From: Azolla caroliniana
Taxonomy: Eukaryota; Plantae; Polypodiophyta
Length of the DNA: 64,000 bases
Direction of reading: 5' to 3'
NCBI GenBank assembly: GCA_043228905.1
Contig: JBHGNT010000021.1
Span: forward strand, 1,240,001 to 1,304,000
Part shown: piece after piece, positions 53,608 to 64,000 of the stretch
How the letters are laid out: every line of letters begins with the position of its first letter
How positions within the stretch are numbered: position 1 is the first letter of the stretch
The notes under the pieces: model-generated
What the model was told of the DNA's origin: nothing
The model's input: the letters and a program-made list of their open reading frames with translations, nothing else
Databases searched by the model: none
Program-made: the position numbers and the translations under genes

Positions 53608-55440
53608 AGCTCTTGGTGCGAAGTCTCCAACCTGGACCAGAATTGTGGAAATTGCTTCTTAGAGACAGAGCTAAACTCTGGTGTCCGAGGAATGGCGACC
53701 CTTGGACGGCAAAGACGTGGTGGCTGTTTAGTCCAGGCCTAACGTTGAAAGAACCTACTAGCATGGAGGATAGGGTGGCCCGCTCCATAATGAGGGCATG
53801 GTCAAGTTTAAGAGAGGGGCTTGTCTTAATGCAGCCAAAAACGATGGAGGAACAACTCCGTCAACCTCTATTTTGGAACCCCAGGATTCGAAGTGATGAC
53901 GGTATGATGCTTGGTCAAAAAAAATACTTGCCATGGGGGAAAATGGTAGAGTACAATGTTAGTTCAGTAAGAGACTGGGAGGAGTTCAAAAGGAGAAGAA
54001 GGGAGGGACTGGTTGGTAGCCCTAGATTTACTGGTAGGCTGGAAAAGATTACCCATTTGATAGATAAGGCTGTTGATGGTCTAGCTAGGATGAATGAAGA
54101 AGAGGGGGTCTGGTTTGGGTGGTTTGTGGGTGAGGACGATGCACAAGTTATCCGAGGCAGGTGCCCATCTAATGAGTATCGGTGGTGGGGCAACCTAAGT
54201 GCTTTGGCAAAAAATGGCCAGTGGTTGGCAGTACGAGTGGCAATGCTAGAAGGTAAGAAGTGGCAAGTAAACCTGGACCCTGGGAAGCTGCAATCTGATT
54301 GTAAGCTTTGGATAGTTGACAACAAGCCCATATGTGATCTGGATTGGGATCCACTAGAGGTGTGGTGGCAGAAACCGGGAACAGACAAACTTGAACGGTT
54401 TTTCGAGTACACTACCAAGCTAGGAAGGCAAATCATTGGATCTAAATTGATGGGTGCCCTAACTCGCAATAGCTAGAAGGATAAAGGCATTTCTGATGGC
54501 TGGTTGAAGTCATTTTGGAGGAGGCTATGGGCGTTCGATATGCCAAAAAAAATAAAGCTTTGGTTGTGGCTTCTTAGTCACAAAGTTGTACCAGTGGGGG
54601 AGTGGCTTAGGTGTCGTGGTGGTGAGGCTGGATGCAAAATTTGTGGTCACCCTTTGGAATCAATTCCTCATTGTTTTTGGAATTGTAACGAGGCTATTAA
54701 CATTTGGGGTAGAAGTCTTCGGATAGTGGCAGCATGCGGCGTGAATGGGAGAGTTGTATGGGGGTCCGTACAGGGGCTGAAGTTAACAGGGGAAGGTTGG
54801 GTTGAACAGTTAAACCCTCACGGACATGGATTTATAGTGCAAGGTGGCAAGGTGTTTCAACGGGCTGGAGTTCGACCTGGCACTAACTCAGAACTTTTTG
54901 AAGAGATATGGAGGATGGTGGCTTGTTTATCGGTCGGGCACATTTGGACCAACCGTTGTAAGTTTTGTTTTTCAACAACAAAAGATCCCTAGTGGTGAGG
55001 TATTAATAAATATCTGGTTTGAGTTGGTCTCTTGGCTGCGGGGACGATACGACTCGATTAAGGGGGAATCTGATGCAGCTGAAAGATCTCGATCAAAGTT
55101 CTTGCTGAAATGGGGTAATTCTCCTATGGTCGGCAGATCATCATCAGGGCCTCAATGGCACTACCAAGCACCCCGATGGTTGTTTCCCCCAATAGTTTCC
55201 AACAACGTCTAGGTGTTGTAAATTTGTATAGTTATGGTACAAATAACTAGGTTATTAGAGTTGTTTGGATACGTTTGTTGAAAATGAGGTGGGGACTATG
55301 TCCGCTTTGGTGGGAAGGCCAGAGTGAGGGCTGTTGAGAGGAATTTTGAGAGTTCTATGATGTAATTTTGTTTGCTAACTAATGCGAAGCAGTATTTTTT
55401 TGGGAAAAAAAAAACACACACATACACACAATTATATAAA

Positions 55441-55630
55441 TAAATGTGTGTGAAAACACTACTTACAACGGGTGTCATAATGAAGTATGGACACCGCTAC
55501 CCATACAAATGTGTATGAAAAATACTACTTACAATGGGTACCACGATTGAGTAAGGAAACCACTACCCGTATAAATGTGTGTGAAAACACTACTTACAAT
55601 GGATGTCACAATGGAGTATGGACACCACTA
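55441..55630. repeat. ~65-bp tandem repeat x3
   Basis: aaatgtgt.tgaaaa.actacttacaa.gg...cac.cta units at ~55441, ~55506 and ~55572. Confidence 0.85.
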
Positions 55631-55902
55631 TACTGGTAGTAGAACATGTTGAATTACCAATTGGCAATAGGCGAAACAAACACTCCACTGAGGAAATAAT
55701 TCAAGGGGTGCAAAGTTCAAGTCTCAACAAACACATAAAGAACATATTCTCTCTCTTCTTATTTTTTTGTAATTAGCTTACCCTAGTGGTAAGCTAGGGT
55801 AAGTCGATAACACTACAAGCACTATGTCTTGGGTTCGAAACCCAATTTCCTCACTTCTCTATTATGTACTTCATATATATCTCTATTTCCCTAGATGCCA
55901 CT

Positions 55903-55974
55903 ATGGAATGTAAGGGTTGAACCCATGACCACCTAGTCTCCATTGGGCAACCTTACCAACTGAGCTACATCCAT
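55903..55974 (-). other. tRNA-derived SINE head or tRNA pseudogene
   Basis: Minus strand GGATGTAGCTCAGTTGGTAAG (A box), GGGTTCAACCC (B box-like) and TACATTCCA (pairs with the 5' end). Anticodon arm not canonical. Confidence 0.55.
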
Positions 55975-56619
55975 CTAGGCAGATATATATTCTCTCTCTC
56001 TCTCTCTCCAATATGAAAAGGAGAGCAAAAATTATACTACCTACAAGATGATGTCCCCCCATCAATTGATCCTAATCCAACAACTCCATGGGTGATTCCT
56101 CATCAAAAAAGGTGTGAGGATTCACCACTAGGTTTATTTCCAATTGATTCGCAAATAATCAAACAACCATAATACAAGTCTGAGATGAAACCATAGCTAT
56201 AGCAAGAAGCCAAAGATACAAAATTTCCAATAACACACAACGAACAAGGCGTCTTTAACACTTTTTTCCATTGTGCAAGGTACGAGAATGACAACAAATC
56301 TTTGATTTCTAGATCGTAATACTCTTATACAAACTTAGAAACATCTAAAAATCAACACTTTATAGGAAAGGAATTGTTCACACTTGCATAGTTGGAGGCC
56401 TTAAGGATCTCTAACTTTGGCCATCTAGTGATGTGTGTACACACTAGAAGGCCATAGAACGTAAAATAAGATGTAAAATAGGAACAATAAATATTCATCA
56501 AGGTATTTGTAGCACCTAAATAGGATGATGATGGTTGTTAGTCAATTGGCCATTATTTATGTGTTCAAAGGGTGCAGGATGTCACAAGAGAGAACAAAGA
56601 ATGCATCATAGCATAAAAT

Positions 56620-57073
56620 TAGCAATCGGCAATGGTTCAATTTGAACCAAACCAAACCTTGAAACCACAACTTAACAACTTAATGGTTTGGTTCAGGTTT
56701 AGGTTTTAGTAAGCAGTTTGGTTTCAATTTGGTTTGAGCCATTATCAGCTTAACGGTTTTCATTTTGATGGTTTAAAAAATATATGTTTTTGGATCATTT
56801 TAAGCCTAATTTTGATATATTCAAATTTTCACATTTTAATTTTAAAATTGTATAATTTTCAATATTCAATCTTTCAAATTTTAAGATTCCTAACTTGAAA
56901 ACTGAAACTGAACCACGAAACCACGGGTCTAACAATTTAAAGGTTTGAAAATATCTAAAACCGTTCCATTTGAGCTTGATTTTAATGGTTTATGGTTCGG
57001 TTTAAGTTTCAAAAATTTAAAACCGTTTTGAGTTTCACACTCTTGAATCGAACCGAACCGTTGCCGATTGTTA
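56620..57073. mobile_element. hAT-type MITE
   Basis: TIRs TAGCAATCGGCAATGGTTC versus reverse complement TAACAATCGGCAACGGTTC. Many subterminal AAACC/GGTTT motifs. Degenerate 8-bp TSD cataaaat/agtaaaat. The host repeat without the insert is at ~63255-63665. Confidence 0.8.
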
Positions 57074-57229
57074 AGTAAAATATTTATATATCTAATATTT
57101 ATCTTCTTCCATACATTTTGCATAGTGTCATGTTATTCTAAAGATTGTTTATTTAGATATATTAATTATTGTCATGGTAGTATGTTGTACTACAAATTGG
57201 CCTATACTTGTTTAATTAACACATTGTCA

Positions 57230-58830
57230 AACTAGTTGAACATCATAGTTAATTCCCCATTTAGGATTCGGCGAAACACAAGCATCAAAGTGAGAGGTAT
57301 AAGCAAGAGGTTGAGCATAGGCTTTCGGGTAGAACGCCACTTCAAGATTCCTTCTAGTGAAGAATAATAAATCCCATACAACATTTGGAGATGGGACAAT
57401 ACAAAGCACAACAAGTGAGCATACATAGTTGAAACTTATGCCATCAACCTGATAAAGGCCAAAAACACTACTATGAACACTCAAAATAAGATGGTGATGT
57501 CAATCTTGAATTTAGGGGCATGTGGTGGTTGAATATAAGGGGACAAGGAGAGTCTAGACTCTAGATCAATGAAATGCATGGGATTTTTCTTAAAAAGAAT
57601 ACACTCAACAACAATGCCTAATTTCATGCATATACCTTATATCGAATAGGTTTTCATTGAATTATATGAGACAATGAATTCTATGTATGGCTGATGAAGT
57701 TCATGATGGCCTAATAATGTGTTGTTGTTTTTTGTTGCATAATGAGTGTTGAAAGAGATGGGTGTATAGTGCAATCTAAAGTTGGAATTGTAAGAGGGCC
57801 CCACATTAATATTCAAATGTAAATAACCTAGTCCTCATGTGTTGAGAACATGGTTTTTGCATTTATAAATTCAATAGTAGGATTTCGTCAATCTTTGGAG
57901 AACAAACCTCATGGCAGATCATAAATGGTAAATGGACAACAAATGCAAGCATGATTGTAAACAAAATAATAGGACAAACGATAATGCAATGTGTCGAGGA
58001 TCCATAGACACAACGTTTTATATTTTAGAGTAAAAAAGATCAATGTGGTTTGTGATACCTCCTACATACATTTTTTAGGGTTGAGCCCATATAATAGTAT
58101 TCATGTTCGCATTACAAAGGTAGCAACATTGTTGAATCCACATGGTGTGAAATATACCATTGTTGAACAATAACAACTAGAAAACAAGATGATAAACTTC
58201 TAGTCACATTCTTGAAATAACTATCATCCCATCAATTCCCATGCATTAACAATGTTAATGCCCTTGTTTTTATGGATATCAAAGCCAATCATATAATAGA
58301 ATCCACAATATGTGACCCTCTAAATGTGGTTGGAATTAAGATAACATATAGTATAATTAAAGTTAAACCATTGTTATGCTTACTTTCATGAGCTTTCATG
58401 AGATGCCTTCATTACTCTTACTTATTCGAATCATGTATGTGAGAGAATGAATGTGACTATGTTGCCAAAATATTTACAAAGATATTCACGCTTAAGATCT
58501 ATAGTAATTCATGATAGATAGATAAAGCGAGAGCTAACGGTCATGCATTTGATGCTTACATTCCATGGTGGCATCTAGTATATTAGGAATGTGTGTGCGT
58601 GTGTGTGGAGGTTCTAATCATAAAGAGTTGTGGACGTGATGCACATGCCTTGTGTTGGTAATCAACTTGCTTTCTACTAGAGAAAGTTTCATTGAGAAAG
58701 AATTCACGAAAAAACAACCCAATTATGTGATCAATCTCTGTCGTCATGCATTCAACCACCACATTCTTAAGTGGTGCAACTACTGATTTTTTAATCAAAA
58801 GGCATGGGTTGGTGAAAATGTGCATTGTCA
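57230..58830 (-). mobile_element. Possible degraded hAT (DUF659-type) transposase
   Basis: Broken minus-strand frames give IDHIIGLFF, YHELL, KNKGINIVN and FVYNHA in the order expected for hAT transposases. Many stops. Confidence 0.35.
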
Positions 58831-60259
58831 CTAAATATAACTATGGTATGAAAAGAAAGATACTTTAGTTTACGACTAAATGACACTTAATAACTCAATC
58901 AATCCCTTATTAAACTTTATTACAACTAGAGGATCAGGCTTGTGCTAGCCGCCAATGATTGTCACTAGTTTATAGCTCTAGATACATACTTACATTAAGT
59001 AGAAAGTAAGAGAGTCTTAATTCTTGAACTCGACTGGGGGGTGAGCCCCCAACTTATATACTTGTATAGCCTTTTTGAAAGAATCTCTCCTAACTAATGG
59101 GAAAGTGGCTCTTTTTTTGGAAAAAAAATAGAGGTTTCCAATCATATATGTATGTGTATTAACACCTTGAAAATATTGATTATGTTATACCTTAAAATTT
59201 CAACCTATTGCTTAAAGCCATTCGGCCTTCATCATTAGATGTCTGATGAAAGTGTCATGTGGTGCACATTCTTGCTTCCACTCCCTTTTGCCAACGATTA
59301 CCCCAAATTACCTTTTCTGCACACCCTGATAAATCATATATTTGGTTTCGTTTAGTCATAGTGCATGTTGTGGCATTGTGACCAAGGGGTTGTGAGATTG
59401 TTAGTACGAGAGTAGTTTGATATGTACGCTCGCTCATGTGTGCATGATTATATAATGTCTAATAGGAGGATACAATGAGCAGACAAAAACCATTGTGAAT
59501 TGCTATTAGCCAATCTGATGGATTGGGTCAACTTGCGATATGTATGACATTGTATGCACAAGAGTTTATTGTGCATAAGGATGGCCATGTATTCTCACCC
59601 ACGGTGGAGAAATCGAACGAAATTTGTTTTATGTGAGGTTGAATTAAGAGTCGAGTTATATTGCTCCATGTACGAACTGACAATAATTATGATAATGTTC
59701 TTGGCGTTGTCCGTGGTGTTACATTAGAGAATTCTTGGTTCCCTCCATGGTCGAGGCAATCTCATTATAACAGACTTCCTCGTCTCACAACTTGCGTGCG
59801 GTCCTCCAATCAAGGTGGAAGTCGAGATGGCCGTGTCAACTATTTGGAGATCGTGAACTCATTCACAAGTCTGACACGCAAACGTGGGACGTGGTTTACG
59901 AGAGAACCGATAGGGGGGACTAGCAAAGATGTGTGAAAAAGTTACCAATGACGTTGTGTTCTCAATTACCCCACCCAAAATGGGGGTACGACTCACGAGG
60001 GTGAGCTAAAAAAGCAATAGGAGAAAAAGGTTTTCGAACGTTAGGTACTATCCTCCCCAAGCCCCAACATGAAACGATCACGTGGGGCGCAAGAGACCAT
60101 ATCCACCTGCAAATGGAAAAACACTAGGAGATGTACATAAGTTCAAGCATGGTGGTGGTGGTGGTGGTGGGGCACACGAAACCAAGCCATACCGTCTTCC
60201 TGCCAGAGCGGGGGGTTCTCGAGGATAGCGTGAGGTGTCCGGGTCCAATGCACACATGA

Positions 60260-60296
<37 letters not shown>

Positions 60297-60605
60297 TTCC
60301 CTCGCTTCTTCAAAACATGGCTCAGGTGCCACGTCACCCATCGTGTTGTGGACGAAGAAGAGGTCCACGTGGCACCTCCGTCCGCTCCACGTCATCCTCC
60401 CAAGTCTAAACCGCCCACTCTTGAAACTCAGAGGCACGAGAGAGAGAGAGAGAGAGAGAGAGAAGACAGAGAGAGATCAGACAGGGACACGAGGAAAATA
60501 TGTACATAGAGACTATATACTCATAGAGAGACGGAAGAAAACCAGCGTCAAAGCAATAAGCACACGAAATTAAGCAGCCCGCGTCGTTGCCTCTGGATGA
60601 GGATC

Positions 60606-60655
60606 AGAACCTGAACCTGAACCTGAATCTGAATCTGAATCTGAATCTGAATCTG
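60606..60655. repeat. (GAACCT/GAATCT)n hexamer repeat in the PITP 5' UTR
   Basis: Directly visible. Confidence 0.85.
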
Positions 60656-60692
60656 TTCTCTCCTCATTTCTTCTCCTGTATTTCCTACCAAA

Positions 60693-62564
60693 ATGGTTCA
60701 GATCACAGAATTGTATCCTTCGTCTTTTCTCTCTTCACTGCATCTGATTTATATGCCCTAATTTGTTTTCAGTTTCCTTTCTTTTTTGTTTTGTTACATA
60801 TTTTCTCCTGTTGTAGAGTAAGGGATCTCTCCTTAACTCCGAAAAATCACTGGACAGCCGAGTGGTTATGCCCTTGTCATTATCCGAGGTATTCCTTTCT
60901 TACTTATCTCTTGTTTTTATTGGTAAATGTTTTTTTTATGTTTATCCTTTGCCATCAAATCCATGTTTAAATATTGTTTCTTTGTATTTTGAATATTGTT
61001 TAAATATTGTTTATTCTTTGCCATCAAATCCATGTTTAAATATTGTTTCTTTGTTTTTATTGGTTTCCTCTTAATCTTCTGTTACTTGCATGTTATGGTT
61101 TTTTTGTTACTACCTATTGCTGTTGAATCCAAGGCTAAATCTTGAAATTTTAATTTTTTTTTTTTGCATTCTTGAATAATTCAAAACCTTTTTTCTTCAG
61201 TCCATTTTCTTTTATTTGTTTAGTTTTTGGATTAAGTCCTTGTTAAATCTTGTTTAATTATTTATTCTTTTTCTCGGTTTATTATTCTCATTTTATGCTA
61301 ATTTGATATATTGTTTTTCTTCCTGTTCATCTCTTTTATCTTCTCATTTAATGGTGTTTTTTTTTCTCTTCTACAGTTGACGGATTGTTTTTATTAAATT
61401 GAAATTTGAATTTATAGCTCACATGAATGCTATGAAAAGAAAATTCTGAGTTTACTCTTTTCATTTTAGTATTAATTCTGGTTTCTTAATCCTATCTTTT
61501 GGTACTACTAATGCTCGAAAATACTTATAAATTAAAAATGTTAAGGAGAGACCTGAAAAGGCAAGTCTATCCTTATCACATCCAAAATGATATATGCTAA
61601 TAGTGATTTTTTTAAAATTGTATAGCTTCATTGAAGCTGTTTATGTTCAGCCATTAAAGCATTAAACAAATTCTCCCCAAATGAGCATCAATTCATATTG
61701 ATCAAATTACTCCATATGGGAACATTGATTTAATTGTGTCCAATTAAACATCAACGAAGCATTCATTATTGAAATTTGAATTTCAATGGAACATTTAATA
61801 TATTGAATTAGGGAATCAGGTTACTCCTAATATATATACATACATACACACATACACACACATGTATGTATGTATATATATGTCTATATATATATATATA
61901 ATATGATCTATAGATGGATTGGGTATGATAAAGCCATCGATAAGAACCAATAGGTATATTAAAGTATGATGTCTGTTGACAATTTTGTTTTATTTTCTTA
62001 ATACTTTCATACAGTATTGATCTCAAGGATAACATTTCTCTCTTTGTTTTTTTCTTTTCTTTTTTTCCAAGTGCTTCTAATGATTTTTTGTTAGACTTGA
62101 TCTAATAATGATCTCCATTGACTTGATGGAACAGTATGGACTGGCACAAATGTATATGGTGACAAAGATGCAGAGAGAGAACACTGGTGATGGTGAGGGA
62201 GTGGAAGTACTGATAAACAAGCCTTTCAAGAATGATGAGTTTGGGGATGGTCAATACACTTTGAAAATCTATCATTTGGAAAGGCACAAACCATTCCATT
62301 CCATTAGAAAGTGTTTATTGTTTGTTTACTCTCTTTGATGTATTAATATAAATTATTGGAATGGTTTCACTAGGTATCATAGGAAGTTTTCTAGAGACAT
62401 CAATATACCATTCTTTCTTTCTTTGTATGTTGATCCTTTTGCTTATCTACTTTTGTTCGTTGTTAATTGCAGTAAGTTTCCGTCGTGGATAACTGCCCTA
62501 GCTCCACCGAATTGTCTGAAAATTGAGGAAGAGTGTTGGAATGCCTATCCGAAATGCAAAGCAG
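60693..62564 (+). CDS. START-fold phosphatidylinositol transfer protein (IP_trans, PITPalpha/beta-like); first 4 exons, remainder not identified in the window
   Basis: Exons 60693-60712, 60858-60888, 62135-62283 and 62473-62564 splice in frame to MVQITEFRVVMPLSLSEYGLAQMYMVTKMQRENTGDGEGVEVLINKPFKNDEFGDGQYTLKIYHLESKFPSWITALAPPNCLKIEEECWNAYPKCKA. The motifs EGVEV, GQYTxKIYHL and WNAYP are PITP hallmarks. Confidence 0.9.
60713..60857 (+). other. U12-type (minor spliceosome) GT-AG intron
   Basis: 5' splice site GTATCCTT. Branch site TCCTTAAC at 60830-60837, ~20 nt before CAG, with no polypyrimidine tract. Splicing restores the PITP frame. Confidence 0.88.
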
Positions 62565-63254
62565 GTATCACCATTGTTGCATTCTCACTCATCTTTTCTA
62601 ATGCCTAATAATGTATATTTGATCAATGGTTTGGCTATAAACACCTCTGGATAATGTGTAGTTTTCTAATTAATTTTTTGCAAATTAGCGAGAAAGGGTA
62701 TTGTATATCCTTTTCTGAAATGAATAGATAAAGAATATTGGAAGAATTTCATATTATTGACTACAAAATGCTGAATTGACCCATGAGACCAAAGGATTGT
62801 CTCTTATGAAATGCCAAAACTGAGGTGTCTTCAGTATGACCCTTCTGAAATGCCAAACTTGAGGTGTCTTCAGTATGTCCCTCATTGGATATTCTAGACC
62901 ACAAGCATGACCTCCATCTCCTATGATGGGCAATGGTGGCGTTTACCTTTTTAAGATAGTGAGGTTGCAGACGATGTCCCTGAGGTGATGGCCATTTCGT
63001 GCGAGAGAGTGCTGTGGCTCTTTCAAGGGAAACTCTTCTATGGTGTAGCAAGAAGAGTCCCAGATATCTCTGGTTCCTGATGTCTATGTATTCTTGTTGG
63101 GATCCAAAGCCAAAAGTACAAATTTCCGATAATACACAACCACCAAGGTGTCAAAACACTCTTTTTCTCTTGTGCAAGCTATAGGAATGTCATCCAAAAT
63201 CTCGGATGGCTAGATTCTAATACTGGTATACAAACTAAGGATCATCTAAAAAAG

Positions 63255-63665
63255 TCAACACTCTATAGGAAAGGATTGTGAGTACAATATCCTAAGATGT
63301 ATGTTCACACTTGTATAGTTGGAGGCCTTAAGGATCTCTAATTGTTGGCCATCTAGGGGGTGTGTACACACTAGGAGGCCATAGAACATAAAATAAGATG
63401 TAAGATAGGAACAATAAATGTTCATCAAGGTATTTGTAGTACCTAAATAGAATGACAATGGTTGTTAGTCAATTGGCCAATATTTATGTGTTAAAAGTTT
63501 AATGGGTGGATAAGGACATGCCAAAACATTTATAAAATTTTCCTAAAGGGTGCGTAATGTATCAAGAGAGAACAAAGAATGCATCATAGTGTAATTTATT
63601 GATAATCTTATATTTATCTTCTTCCATACGCTTTGTATACTGTCATGCTATTCTAAAGATTGCTT
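63255..63665. repeat. Dispersed repeat, paralog of 56350-56620 plus 57075-57160
   Basis: Shared blocks include gttggaggccttaaggatctctaa, agagagaacaaagaatgcatcatag and tatttatcttcttccatac. Confidence 0.8.
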
Positions 63666-64000
63666 ATTATGATATATGTATTCTTTCTGGTGTCGTGAAA
63701 CTGAGGTTTCATGATATCAAAACAATGTTAAAAATATTGGGAAAGACATTTTCCATCTGGAGCTTGTGACAAGGAATGTGTATGATTTATAGATCGTGAA
63801 TCATACTTCAGAAGCCCAAGGCTCCAGAAGTATCTTGATGCTAGCTTCAAGATTTTTTAGGAAAAAAATATAATTATATCGAAAGGGAAAGTTCGAAATA
63901 AAATAAAACCATTTTGTAATTTTTCTTAATTTTGAAATTATTAAAGAAAAAACGCAACCACCCCTACATGAGGCGGTTTGTAAACCGCCTCAAGGAGGGT

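Larger units (their letters stand above)
45454..55212 (+). pseudogene. LINE ORF2 (APE endonuclease, RT, zf-RVT), disrupted
   Basis: MKLITWNIQGLG, ILAGDFN, SRIDRIY, YSDHMP, WRPITLLN, DFEKAY, VRQGCPLAP; YADD reads YAND. Frameshift near 47520, stops at 48062 and 54474, copia insertion at 48149. C-terminal CKICGHPLESIPHCFWNC. Confidence 0.88.
42725..55414 (+). mobile_element. Full-length L1-clade LINE (decayed), interrupted by a copia element
   Basis: ORF1 and ORF2 (APE, RT, zf-RVT), with an A10 tail at 55405-55414. Candidate TSD ACACACAATTATA at 42712-42724 and 55424-55436, the latter following a short CA-rich stretch. Confidence 0.85.

Noticed and set aside
53442-53612. N-terminus of the 344-aa ORF (MDVVLLLWE...LSLSLSL)
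   Set aside because: Artefact of reading through the copia 3' LTR into the L1 ORF2 frame.
62690-62714. ATATCCTTTT (AT-AC U12 donor consensus) preceded by a possible 8-nt microexon GGTATTGT
   Set aside because: It would encode G-Y-C rather than the expected V-I-x residues, and no matching AC acceptor or next exon was found. Probably chance.

Overview
AT-rich eukaryotic nuclear DNA from a land plant. Gene and TE style suggest a seed-free plant such as a fern, but that is inference. Genes: a decayed EDM2-like RFTS-domain exon (minus, ~1.6-2.1 kb); a ~17-exon GH2 (LacZ-type) beta-galactosidase (minus, 4640-16735); an intronless chloroplast ClpC (plus, 20311-23100); multi-exon thylakoid TerC (plus, 25508-31752); 2-exon plastid ribosomal protein S6 (minus, 34758-37307); and the 5' exons of a START-fold ('animal-type', IP_trans) phosphatidylinositol transfer protein (plus, from 60693). 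The PITP gene has a clear U12-type intron and a GC-AG intron. The 38-59 kb block is TE-dominated. It holds a Mutator-type MITE nested in a hAT-like element, L1/RTE relics, a full-length decayed L1 (~42.7-55.4 kb) split by a very young Ty1/copia (near-identical LTRs, 5-bp TSD AGCTC), tRNA-like SINE heads, a hAT MITE and hAT transposase remnants. Splice sites were read by eye and no database searches were run.
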